NCBI GenBank assembly: GCA_036378155.1
Contig: DASUXA010000040.1
Span: 25,800 to 89,799, forward strand
Direction of reading: 5' to 3'
Source of the DNA: Micromonosporaceae bacterium
GTDB lineage: Bacteria; Actinomycetota; Actinomycetes; Mycobacteriales; Micromonosporaceae
DNA: 64,000 nucleotides
The position numbers were made by a program, and so were the translations under genes. The notes below the pieces were generated by a model. The model saw only the letters and a list, made by a program, of their open reading frames with translations, was not told where the DNA came from and searched no databases. Numbering within the stretch: the stretch's first letter is position 1; each line of letters begins with the position of its first letter. Of the stretch, positions 45,854 to 54,439 are shown in pieces.

Positions 45854-47020
45854 ATGCGGACGCCGTCGCCGGCCGGCGATCTGGAGACCAAGCTCGAACG
45901 CTGGGTCTCCTCCGGCATCATCACCGCCGAACAGGCGGCCCTGATCCGAGCCGACGAGGCCCGGGGCGACGGGGCGTCGGCGGGCGACCCGCGGGCGACG
46001 CCCGCGCAGCCCAGTCCCGAGGCGCACCGGGCGACCAGCGACCCGCCGGGTGGCGGTACCGCCGCGCCGACGCGTCCCGTCGACTCCGGCGACCAGGGGC
46101 GGCGGCGCACCTCGCTGGTGGCCGAGGCGATGGGGTACCTCGGCGGGGTCGTCATCCTGGTCGCCTCGGGCCTGGTCACCAGCCGGATCTGGGGTCAGCT
46201 GCCGGTCGGCGCGCGGATCGCGCTGCCCGCCGCGGTCGCCGCCCTGCTGCTGGTCGCCGGCGCGCTGGTACCGCCGAGTCTGGGCGCTCCCGGTCGACGG
46301 CTGCGCGCGGTGCTCTGGCTGGCGTCGTCGATCGCGCTGTTCACCTGCCTGGCGATCACCGGTACCCAGGGCTTCGGCTGGCGGGACCCGTCGGTGGAGT
46401 TGCTCGCCGGGGCGGGCACGGCGGTGTACTCGGCGGCGCTGTGGTGGGCGCACCGGCAGGTACCGCAGAATCTGGCGACCTTCGCGGCGCTGCTGGTGAC
46501 GATCGCGGCGCTGACCACGATGCTGCCCCACAGCCGGACGCTGCCCGAGGTGTCGATGTGGGCCGCCGGGGTGGTGTGGGCGGTCCTGTCGTGGGGGTCG
46601 CTCGTCACGCCGCGCCGCGCGGGGTTGATCCTCGGCTCGGTCGCCGCCGTGGTCAACGTGTTCGTCCTGATGTCCGAGACGTGGGGCATGGCGCTCGCGT
46701 TGGCGACCGTGGCGGGGTTGATCGTGGCGGCGGTCGCGTTCCGCGACCTCGCCCTGCTCGGGGTCGCGTCGGTCGGGACGCTGTTCGTGCTGCCCCGCGC
46801 CATGGCGCGGTTCTTCCCGGGTGTGCTGTCCGCCGCTTTCGCTCTGCTGCTGGTCGGGGTGGTGCTGGTGGCGACCGCGATCGTGACGGCGCGCCGTCGC
46901 CGGGAGGAACCGGTGGCGGGTAGGCGCGACTGGAGTGTGGGTACACCGGGAACAGCGACGGTGATCGCGGGAACGGTCGCGACGGTCACCGCGGTGGCGG
47001 TGGTGCTCGCCGGGCTCTGA
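45854..47020 (+). CDS. polytopic membrane protein (DUF2157-like N-terminus)
   Basis: ATG 45854. LERWVSSGIITAEQAALI, followed by about 9 hydrophobic segments. Confidence 0.65.
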   Translation: MRTPSPAGDLETKLERWVSSGIITAEQAALIRADEARGDGASAGDPRATPAQPSPEAHRATSDPPGGGTAAPTRPVDSGDQGRRRTSLVAEAMGYLGGVVILVASGLVTSRIWGQLPVGARIALPAAVAALLLVAGALVPPSLGAPGRRLRAVLWLASSIALFTCLAITGTQGFGWRDPSVELLAGAGTAVYSAALWWAHRQVPQNLATFAALLVTIAALTTMLPHSRTLPEVSMWAAGVVWAVLSWGSLVTPRRAGLILGSVAAVVNVFVLMSETWGMALALATVAGLIVAAVAFRDLALLGVASVGTLFVLPRAMARFFPGVLSAAFALLLVGVVLVATAIVTARRRREEPVAGRRDWSVGTPGTATVIAGTVATVTAVAVVLAGL

Positions 47021-47069
47021 CCGGACGACGCCGCCGGCCCCGGGACCCGCAGACGGAGGTACGCCGGAG

Positions 47070-47957
47070 GTGACGGTGGGACGGATACTGGTCGGCACGT
47101 CGTCGTGGACGGACAAGACGCTGCTCGCCTCCGGGTGGTACCCGCCGGAGGCGGACACCGCCGAGCGCCGGCTGGGGTACTACGCGGAACGGTTCCCGAT
47201 CGTCGAGGTCGACTCCACGTACTACTCGCCTCCCGCCGAGCGCACCGCACAGTTGTGGGCTCAGCGCTCCCCCGCCGGGTTCACCTTCAACATCAAGGCG
47301 TTCAGCCTGCTCACCGGGCACCCGACGAAGCTGTCCGCGCTGTACAAGGACCTGCGTCCGGACGTCGACAAGAAGAACGTGTACCCGCAGGACCTGAGTG
47401 CGCAGGCGTACGAGGAGGTGTGGACGCGGTTCCTGTCCGCCCTGGACCCGCTGGTCGCGGCGGGCAAACTCGGCGCGATCCTGTTCCAGTTCCCGCCGTG
47501 GTTCGGCATCCGGCGCTCGAACAAGGAGTACCTGGTCGAGATCGCGAAGCGGTGCAGTCCGCTGCGGGTGGCGATGGAGTTCCGCAACGAGTCCTGGTTC
47601 GCCGGGGACAACCAGCGTGAGACGCTGGACTTCCTGTCCAGGCACGAGTTGCCGCTGGTGTGCGTCGACATGCCGCAGGGGTACCGCAGTTCGGTCCCGC
47701 CGGTCCTCGCGGCGACCGCCGACCTCGCCGTGGTCCGGTTCCACGGGCACAGCAACAAGTGGACCAGTCACGACATCTACGAGCGTTTCGGCTACCTCTA
47801 TTCCGAGGATGAACTCGCCGAGTGGGCGCCGAAGCTGACCGGTCTCGCCGAGCAGACGAACGCGACGCACGTGCTGATGAACAACTGCTACTCGGACTAT
47901 GCGCAGCGCAACGCCGGTCAGCTGAATGCCTTATTGAACGGCGACGATTCCAGGTGA
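47070..47957 (+). CDS. DUF72 family protein
   Basis: ILVGTSSWTDKTLLASGWYP ... YYAERFPIVEVDSTYY. GTG 47076 is an alternative start 5 nt after GGAGG. Confidence 0.9.
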   Translation: MTVGRILVGTSSWTDKTLLASGWYPPEADTAERRLGYYAERFPIVEVDSTYYSPPAERTAQLWAQRSPAGFTFNIKAFSLLTGHPTKLSALYKDLRPDVDKKNVYPQDLSAQAYEEVWTRFLSALDPLVAAGKLGAILFQFPPWFGIRRSNKEYLVEIAKRCSPLRVAMEFRNESWFAGDNQRETLDFLSRHELPLVCVDMPQGYRSSVPPVLAATADLAVVRFHGHSNKWTSHDIYERFGYLYSEDELAEWAPKLTGLAEQTNATHVLMNNCYSDYAQRNAGQLNALLNGDDSR

Positions 47958-48074
47958 GCCGGACCGGTGCGGGTCGTTGACGAACTCAATTTCAGAAACT
48001 CTTCAGCTATTCAAGCGCGCCAACCAAATATCGGTACTGGGCGCATTGACGTCGGCGGACGGAGCATCCGCGCC

Positions 48075-48118
48075 GCCCGCGGGCGGTCGTTCCGGTCCCG
48101 GAACGGCCGCCCGCGGGC
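48075..48118. terminator. about 21-bp GC-rich hairpin between convergent DUF72 and DoxX genes
   Basis: GCCCGCGGGCGGTCGTTCCGG-TC-CCGGAACGGCCGCCCGCGGGC, with one G-U pair. Confidence 0.6.
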
Positions 48119-48129
48119 CGCAGACGCGG

Positions 48130-48576
48130 TCAGGCGAGCGGGGCGACCGCCGGCGCCTTTGCCTCGGACCTGGAACGCTCCTTGCGAAGGACGGCGTCGA
48201 TCGACCAGATGCCCGGGCCGACGACGGCCAGGAGCAGGAACGACCAGCTGAACATCGCCGCCAGCTCGCCGCCGTTCTGGATCGGCAGGAGCGCTCGCTC
48301 CTGGTGCACCGTGAAGTAGGCGTAGGCCATGGAGCCGGAGGCGAGCAGTGCCGCGGCACGGGTACCGAGCCCGACCAGAACCAGGATCCCGGCGACCAGC
48401 TGGATCACGGCGGCATACCATCCGGGCCACTCACCGACAGGCACCGTGCCGCCCTTGCCCATGGCGCCACCGAACACCCCGAAGAGCGACGCCGCGCCGT
48501 GGCAGGAGAATAGCAGACCGACCACAATGCGGAACAGTGAGACGGTAGCGCCGTGATAGCGATCAGCAAACCGCAT
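48130..48576 (-). CDS. DoxX family membrane protein
   Basis: Started at ATG 48576, 8 nt downstream of GGAGGG; the track ORF starts at GTG 48591. Block LFRIVVGLLFSCHGAASLFG. Confidence 0.8.
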   Translation of the reverse strand: MRFADRYHGATVSLFRIVVGLLFSCHGAASLFGVFGGAMGKGGTVPVGEWPGWYAAVIQLVAGILVLVGLGTRAAALLASGSMAYAYFTVHQERALLPIQNGGELAAMFSWSFLLLAVVGPGIWSIDAVLRKERSRSEAKAPAVAPLA

Positions 48577-48824
48577 GGGAAAACCCTCCACTTAGGACTT
48601 TCGGTCCGGGCTTGCTGAAGTTTACGCACCGGCGCAGTGCTCTGAAGACCATCGGTTGCCAACAATTTCTCTAATCAGCCCCGATATCGAGCGATCCTCG
48701 AGGCATCGACCAACGTGGAGTTGGTCGCGTTCGCGGCGCGGGGCGGCGACGAAACCGCGCCACCCGACTACACCCGGCGCAACACCCAGACGCCGACCGC
48801 CCCGCTCACGGGTGAGGGCGGGGA

Positions 48825-49187
48825 CTAGCCGCGCTCCTGCGGGATCTCCTCGATCTGGGACACCCCGCTGTCGGCGTGTGCCCCGTACCGCCGCCACACC
48901 TCGTGCAGCAGGATGCGTCCGTCCGGCAGGATCTCCGGCGTGCTGTGGCATTCACCGGAGATGATCCGACCGTCCTCGAGAACCATGCAGTAGGCGAAGT
49001 CGATCGAGCCGTCCGGCGCGCATCGCCCGGCGAGGGTGCCGCGCCGCGCGTGCCCGCCGGTGAACTCGCCCCACAGCAGGTCGCCGTCCTGGTAGTAGTG
49101 CGCGACACGGGTGTGTTCGCCGGTGCCGTCCTCGACCGGGCGGAACCGCCGCCCGTGATAGTCGATCGACGCGGCGGGTGCGGACAT
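48825..49187 (-). CDS. small conserved hypothetical protein (120 aa)
   Basis: ATG 49187 is preceded by AAGGAG. The sequence is non-repetitive (IDYHGRRFRPVEDGTGEHTRVAHYYQDGDLLWGEF). Confidence 0.65.
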   Translation of the reverse strand: MSAPAASIDYHGRRFRPVEDGTGEHTRVAHYYQDGDLLWGEFTGGHARRGTLAGRCAPDGSIDFAYCMVLEDGRIISGECHSTPEILPDGRILLHEVWRRYGAHADSGVSQIEEIPQERG

Positions 49188-49347
49188 GGCAGCTCCTTGC
49201 GACGTGTCCGTGCCGATCGCGGCGGAACAGCCGCGTCGGGCAGACCCTGGGATGCCGACGGCGCGGCGTACTGACGACGGGCCGTGATCGTAGCAGGCGC
49301 ATCGACGTCCCCACATGCCGCCGCCGGCGTGCGTACACTCGGCGACC

Positions 49348-50010
49348 ATGGTTGTCGCCGCGCCCACAGTGGACGTTCTTCGTGCCGCCGTGACCACCTT
49401 CGTCGGCGACGGCGGACCGGATCGTTCCTGGCTGCGGCTTTGTCGGCAGACCGCCCCGGCGATCGACCTGTCCACGGCGCAGCACCGCCGCGCGGTCCTG
49501 GTCTGGCTGAACGCCTGGGGCTGCCGGCTGCGCTACCCCCGCCCCGGTGAGGAGGACCTGTTCGACGTCGGTCTCGCCGGGTGGTGGAACCGCTGGGGCG
49601 GCGTGCTGCCGCCGGTGGACACGAGGCTGCCGGCGTTGCCGGAGGACGCGCTGCCCCTGCTCGGCGCGGCGTTCTCGGATCTCGCCCGGGTACGGGTGGC
49701 GCCCGGGGCGCGGGGTCGCTCGCTCGGCTCGACGGCAGCGAGCAAACTGCTGTACGCGTTGCGTCCCGCCGCGCTGCTGCCGTGGGACGAGGCGATCGCC
49801 CGTACCCTGCACGGCAGCCGCGACGGCGACGCCTACGTCGCGCACCTGCGGCTGGGACGCTCCTGGGCGCGGCGGCTGCTCGCCGAGACCGGGCTGGACG
49901 AGGCGGCGCTCGCCGACGCGCTCGGGCAGCCGGGACGGTCGCTGGCGAAGATGCTCGACGACTACTGCTACCTGGTGTGTACCCGGGGCGTCGACCCGGC
50001 GCCCCGGTGA
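49348..50010 (+). CDS. hypothetical protein
   Basis: 220 aa from ATG 49348. It has high GC3 and balanced composition. The overlapping minus-strand ORFs are Arg-rich shadows. Confidence 0.6.
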   Translation: MVVAAPTVDVLRAAVTTFVGDGGPDRSWLRLCRQTAPAIDLSTAQHRRAVLVWLNAWGCRLRYPRPGEEDLFDVGLAGWWNRWGGVLPPVDTRLPALPEDALPLLGAAFSDLARVRVAPGARGRSLGSTAASKLLYALRPAALLPWDEAIARTLHGSRDGDAYVAHLRLGRSWARRLLAETGLDEAALADALGQPGRSLAKMLDDYCYLVCTRGVDPAPR

Positions 50011-50026
50011 GGCGGGGCTGACGTGG

Positions 50027-50058
50027 GGCTGGGTCGGCCCGTACGGGCCGACCCAGCC
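50027..50058. terminator. perfect 32-nt palindrome between convergent genes
   Basis: GGCTGGGTCGGCCCGT/ACGGGCCGACCCAGCC. Every position pairs. It sits in the 53-nt spacer at the 3' end of the ADH gene. Confidence 0.65.
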
Positions 50059-50063
50059 GACCC

Positions 50064-51155
50064 TCAGTCGAACAGCACGACGCTGCGCAGGACGTCGCCC
50101 CGGCGCATCTTCTCGAACGCCGCCTCGACGTCGGCGACACCGATCCGCTCGCTGACGAACCGGTCGAGCGGCAACCTGCCCTGCAGGTGCAGGTCCACCA
50201 GCGTCGGCATGTCGCGCGACGGCAGGCAGTCGCCGTACCAGCAGGTCTTGTACGTGCCGCCGTGCAGGAACATGTCCAGCAGCGGCATCTCCATCCGCAT
50301 CGACGAGTCCGGCCGGGCGACCAGGACGAACGTGCCACCGACCGCGCGCGCGTAGAACGCCTGCCGCCAGGTCTCCGGGAACCCGGCGGCGTCGATGGTC
50401 ACGTCGGCGCCGAGCCCGTCGGTGAAGGTCCGGATCGTAGCGACCACATCGGTGTCCCGGCTGGCGTCGACGACGTGGGTGGCGCCGAGTTCCTCGGCGA
50501 CCGGCAACTTCCGCGCGTCGATGTCCACTGCGATGATCGTGGTCGCGCCCGCCAGTCGCGCGCCGGCGACCGCCGCGCTGCCCACCCCGCCGCAGCCGAT
50601 GACCGCGACGGTGTCCCCGGGACGGACGTTGCCCGCGCGCATCGCCGCGCCGAGCCCCGACATCACGCCACAGCCGAGCAGGCAGGCAACGGCGGGGTCG
50701 ATCGCCTTGTCCACCGGCGTGCACTGTCCGGCGTGGACCAGGGTGAGCGGGGTGAAGGCGCCGATACCCAGCGCCGGACCCAGCGGCTCCCCGGTGGTCA
50801 GCGTCATCGGCCGGCTCGCGCCGAGTTCGTTCAGGCACGCCTCGGGCACCCCGCGCCGACAGGGTCGGCACCGCCCGCACACCGCCCGCCAGTTGAGGAT
50901 GACGAAATCGCCCGGCGCTACGTGCTGGACGCCGTCGCCCACCTGCTCGACGATCCCGGCCGCCTCGTGACCGAGCAGGTACGGGTACCCGGAGCCGATG
51001 ACGCCGTCGCGGTAGTGCAGGTCGGTGTGGCAGACCCCGCAGGCCAGTACCCGTACCGTGGCTTCACCCGGCCCGGGGTCCGGAACCACGATGTCGCGGG
51101 TCTGCACGGGCTGGCCCGGGCCGAGCGAAACCACGGCCTCGACTGTCTGCGCCAT
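50064..51155 (-). CDS. zinc-dependent alcohol dehydrogenase (class III / mycothiol-dependent formaldehyde dehydrogenase-like)
   Basis: Motifs [25 protein letters not shown], and a Rossmann GCGGVGS. Confidence 0.9.
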   Translation of the reverse strand: MAQTVEAVVSLGPGQPVQTRDIVVPDPGPGEATVRVLACGVCHTDLHYRDGVIGSGYPYLLGHEAAGIVEQVGDGVQHVAPGDFVILNWRAVCGRCRPCRRGVPEACLNELGASRPMTLTTGEPLGPALGIGAFTPLTLVHAGQCTPVDKAIDPAVACLLGCGVMSGLGAAMRAGNVRPGDTVAVIGCGGVGSAAVAGARLAGATTIIAVDIDARKLPVAEELGATHVVDASRDTDVVATIRTFTDGLGADVTIDAAGFPETWRQAFYARAVGGTFVLVARPDSSMRMEMPLLDMFLHGGTYKTCWYGDCLPSRDMPTLVDLHLQGRLPLDRFVSERIGVADVEAAFEKMRRGDVLRSVVLFD

Positions 51156-51225
51156 GTGCCATGTGTCCTTGTCTGTTCGGTATCTGTGGTGGTCTGTCCG
51201 GCTGGCGTGACGGCGGTCGGTCCGG

Positions 51226-52470
51226 TCAGTCCGCGAAGTCCACGGTGATCAGGTCGGCGTACCGCATCATCGTGTCGAAGGCGTCGTCCTTGGACGTCCC
51301 GGTGGTACCGAGGAACCCGAGGATGGTGTTGCCGTGCGGCGGGCGCTTGACGACGTCGCCCGGTCGCGCGGTGATCTTGAGAAGGAAGGTCCGGTCCGAC
51401 TCGCTGACCTCGGCGGGTACGTGCACCTTCGCGATCGTCCCCGCGTCGCAGATCAGGCACATCGACGTGGTGTGGGTGCCGGTGGGTTGGAAATGGCGGA
51501 CCCGGGGGCGTACCCCACGGGCGATGTCCACCACCGCGGCGATCGGGTCGTGGTCGGCGGTCAGCCGCGCGATCATGTCGAGCCCGCCGCCGCCGACCCG
51601 CGCGGCGATCTCCAGCAGGTGCGGCTTGCCGTCGTGGAAGCGCACCTCGGCGTGTCCCACGCTGCGCCGCAGCCCCTGCGCCCGCATCCCGGCGGCGACC
51701 ACCTCGTGCACCGCGGCGAGATCCTCCGGGCTCATCGACGTCGGTGCGTGGTGCACGTCGTCGTCGAAGGTGTCGCGCTCGACGGTGATCCGGTCCACGA
51801 CCGAGCCGAGGTACACCTCGTCGTCCCAGATGACGACCTCCATCAGGTACTCGGCGCCGTCCAGGAACGACTCCACCAGCAGTCCGCTCGGTCCGAGGTC
51901 GACACCGTCCGGCTCGGACCTCGCCCAGAACATGTCGCGGCTGCCCGCCTCCGCCTGGGCGTACCGTTCGGCCAGTTCCGCCGGGGATTCGACCTTGAAC
52001 ACGAAGTTGCTGCCGGCGCCGTGCGTCGGCTTGACGATCACCGGGTAGCCGAACTCCTCGGCCGCGGCGTTCGCCTCGGCGAGACTGTGGGTCAGCCGGT
52101 ACCGGGGCGAGCGAGCGCCCGCCCGCTCGTACGCCTGCCGCATCAGGTACTTGTTGCGGCAGTTGACCGCCGTTTCCACGCCGATGCCGGGCAGACCGAG
52201 AGCCTCGGCGACCGCCGCCACGGTGATCACCGACGACTCGGAGAAGGTCAGTACCCCGTCGAACGCCTCGACCTGGTGCCACTGCTTGGCGGTGGCGATG
52301 ATCTCGTCGATGTGCCGCGAGCCCGCCACCCGGTACCGTTCGGCGGGCCAGAAGTCCGGCTCGCCTTCGCCGTTGAGCACGTACAGCGTCGCGCCCAGAG
52401 CCTCCACCTGTTCATACCGGGACTTGTAGTACGACAGGTACTGACAGGTCTCGATGGCGAGCAGCTTCAC
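51226..52470 (-). CDS. ATP-grasp ligase (L-amino-acid-ligase-like)
   Basis: 414-aa ORF with [30 protein letters not shown] and [12 protein letters not shown]. Confidence 0.9.
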   Translation of the reverse strand: MKLLAIETCQYLSYYKSRYEQVEALGATLYVLNGEGEPDFWPAERYRVAGSRHIDEIIATAKQWHQVEAFDGVLTFSESSVITVAAVAEALGLPGIGVETAVNCRNKYLMRQAYERAGARSPRYRLTHSLAEANAAAEEFGYPVIVKPTHGAGSNFVFKVESPAELAERYAQAEAGSRDMFWARSEPDGVDLGPSGLLVESFLDGAEYLMEVVIWDDEVYLGSVVDRITVERDTFDDDVHHAPTSMSPEDLAAVHEVVAAGMRAQGLRRSVGHAEVRFHDGKPHLLEIAARVGGGGLDMIARLTADHDPIAAVVDIARGVRPRVRHFQPTGTHTTSMCLICDAGTIAKVHVPAEVSESDRTFLLKITARPGDVVKRPPHGNTILGFLGTTGTSKDDAFDTMMRYADLITVDFAD

Positions 52471-52512
52471 TGGTTCTCCTACGTCAATCGCGGACCGGAC
52501 GCCGTCGACCGG

Positions 52513-54075
52513 CTATCCGAACGTGGTGGGCAGCGGCGGCAACCGGAACATGACGACCTTGTCCGGGGGCGCGTCCTGCAGTTGTAGCCGCACCCCTTCG
52601 GCGGTCAGCGTGCCGGTCACGTCGACGAGGACCGGCGCGGCGTACCCGAGCAGGGTCTGCAGTTGGGCGAGCACGTCGGCGGCGGTACCGACCTCGATCG
52701 GGCTGTCCGCCAGCCGCTCGAGATGGGTCGCGACGGCGTCCGCCACCGCGCTCGGGCTGAACCGCTCGTCGTCGTAGTGCCGGCGCAGCCGGTCGGCGAG
52801 GCGGCGGGCGCGGTCGTGTCCGGTCGCGCTCACCGGCAGCACCGTACCGTCGGCGATCGGCAGTGCGGCGAGCGTCGTGGCCAGCCGGTTCCACGGTCGC
52901 ACCAACCGGGCGGCGACCACCGCCTGCAGGTCCGCCTCGGTGAAATTGGCCCGCTGGAATTCCGGCGCGGTCAGCGCCAGGTAGAACCGCGCCAGGTCGC
53001 GGGGCACCCGGTCGAGCAGGTCGGTCGCCGAGATCAGATGGTTGCGGCTGGTGGAGAACTTCGACCGGTCCAGCTCGTAGAACTCGTTGGTGAACGTCGC
53101 CGCCGGAGTGGCGTACCCCGCCGGGTGCGACAGCAGCATCGCCAGGTCGAGCATGCCCCAGTGGAAGACGTTGTCGTATCCGTGGAAGTAGACGATCGTC
53201 GGGCGGGTGTCGGCGAGCCACCAGGCGTCGGTACGGTCGCCGCCGACTCCCAGCTGCCGCGCCGACCACCAGGTGCTGTAGATGACCGCCGGCATCGCCT
53301 CCAGCCACGGGTACAACCGCTGCCCCGGCGTCTCGGGGAACGGCGCCGGCAGCCCCCAGTCGCCGGGCACGGTCACCGGTACGTCCGGCAGCGGACCGGC
53401 CATCAGCTCCGCGATCAGGTCGCGGGCGTGCGGACGCCACGTCGGCAGGTGCCGGTCGTAGTAGTCGGTCAGCTTCCCGCGCAGCCGCTCCAACGGCAGG
53501 ACCAGGATCTCCACCTCGCGGTACTCGACGTCGTCGGTGGGATCGAGGGTGTACCGCGCGTCGAGCAGCTCGTCGAAGTTGTTCGGGTGCCCGCACGCCT
53601 CGCAGGCGCCGCCCGCGCTGCCCGCGAGGCACGTCGGGCAGGTACCGGACACCATCGCGTCGTACATCCACACGCCGGCGCGCCGGGCGAACGGAAACCG
53701 GACGGTACGCAGCTCGAACACGCCCGCCGCGTGCTGGGCGGTGACGAAGTCGACAACGGTTCGCCGGTACGTGTCGTCGACCGGTGGCAGCCCCACCAAC
53801 GTGGTGCCCAGCGCGGTGAACGCCTGCTGGATCCGGGCGGTCGCGTCGCGTACCAGTTCCGACGGGGTCACCCCGAGCTTCGCCGCGCGGGTCGCGACGA
53901 ACGTCTGGCTGTCGTCGGTACAGGTGGTGTAGACGGCGAACCGGTCACGGGCACGCTGGTACCGGGCGTAGATGTCGGCGGCGAGGTACGGACCGGCGAG
54001 GTGCCCGACGTGCAGACCTCCGTTGGAGGTGGGCGTGGCCGGTACCACGATCACCGGCGCGTCGGGCAGGCTCAC
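52513..54075 (-). CDS. methionyl-tRNA-synthetase-like protein (hydrazine synthetase component)
   Basis: In-frame GTG 54075 overlaps the cupin stop (GTGA). It has the HIGH-like PTSNGGLHVGH, the zinc knuckle CPTC..CEACG and the KMSKS-like KFSTSR. The upstream 97 codons of the track ORF are off-frame shadow of the cupin gene. Confidence 0.9.
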   Translation of the reverse strand: MSLPDAPVIVVPATPTSNGGLHVGHLAGPYLAADIYARYQRARDRFAVYTTCTDDSQTFVATRAAKLGVTPSELVRDATARIQQAFTALGTTLVGLPPVDDTYRRTVVDFVTAQHAAGVFELRTVRFPFARRAGVWMYDAMVSGTCPTCLAGSAGGACEACGHPNNFDELLDARYTLDPTDDVEYREVEILVLPLERLRGKLTDYYDRHLPTWRPHARDLIAELMAGPLPDVPVTVPGDWGLPAPFPETPGQRLYPWLEAMPAVIYSTWWSARQLGVGGDRTDAWWLADTRPTIVYFHGYDNVFHWGMLDLAMLLSHPAGYATPAATFTNEFYELDRSKFSTSRNHLISATDLLDRVPRDLARFYLALTAPEFQRANFTEADLQAVVAARLVRPWNRLATTLAALPIADGTVLPVSATGHDRARRLADRLRRHYDDERFSPSAVADAVATHLERLADSPIEVGTAADVLAQLQTLLGYAAPVLVDVTGTLTAEGVRLQLQDAPPDKVVMFRLPPLPTTFG

Positions 54076-54437
54076 GACGCGGAGCCGTGACGCTCGACGA
54101 ACCGGTCGGCCATCTCCCGGTCCCACCACACCGCGTACATCTGGAACGGCTCGTCGCCCCGGTTGACGACCTGGTGCCGCTCGTGCGGCGGGAAGTGCAC
54201 GACGTCGCCCTCGACGAACGGCGTGGTCCCGGCGTCGGTGACCAGCTCGGCGCGCCCGGTCATGGCGATCCAGATCTCGTACTCGTGGTGACCGTGCGCG
54301 CCCGACTCCGCGCCCGGCGGCACCACGCACCAGGAGCCCTCGAACGGGGCGTTGAGCACGTCCCACGGCATCAGCCGTTGGGCGCGCAACCCGTTGTCGG
54401 GTTTGAGACCGTCGCGGTCGAGCTTGCGAATCTCCAT
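54072..54437 (-). CDS. stand-alone cupin protein (hydrazine synthetase component)
   Basis: ATG 54437, 2 nt after the upstream stop. Cupin motif 1 is GAESGAHGHHEYEIWIAMTG and motif 2 is GDVVHFPPHERHQVVN. Confidence 0.85.
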   Translation of the reverse strand: MEIRKLDRDGLKPDNGLRAQRLMPWDVLNAPFEGSWCVVPPGAESGAHGHHEYEIWIAMTGRAELVTDAGTTPFVEGDVVHFPPHERHQVVNRGDEPFQMYAVWWDREMADRFVERHGSAS

Positions 54438-54439
54438 GC

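Noticed and set aside
52513-54075. Annotating this gene as the housekeeping methionyl-tRNA synthetase metG.
   Set aside because: It is translationally coupled to a cupin and embedded between an N-hydroxylase and an ATP-grasp ligase, which is the context of hydrazine synthetases. The KMSKS loop is altered to KFSTS. A housekeeping assignment would need tRNA-charging evidence.
54076-54366. 97-codon N-terminal extension of the MetRS-like ORF.
   Set aside because: It overlaps the cupin gene out of frame and is Arg/Gly-rich. The HIGH-motif region begins right after GTG 54075, which overlaps the cupin stop.
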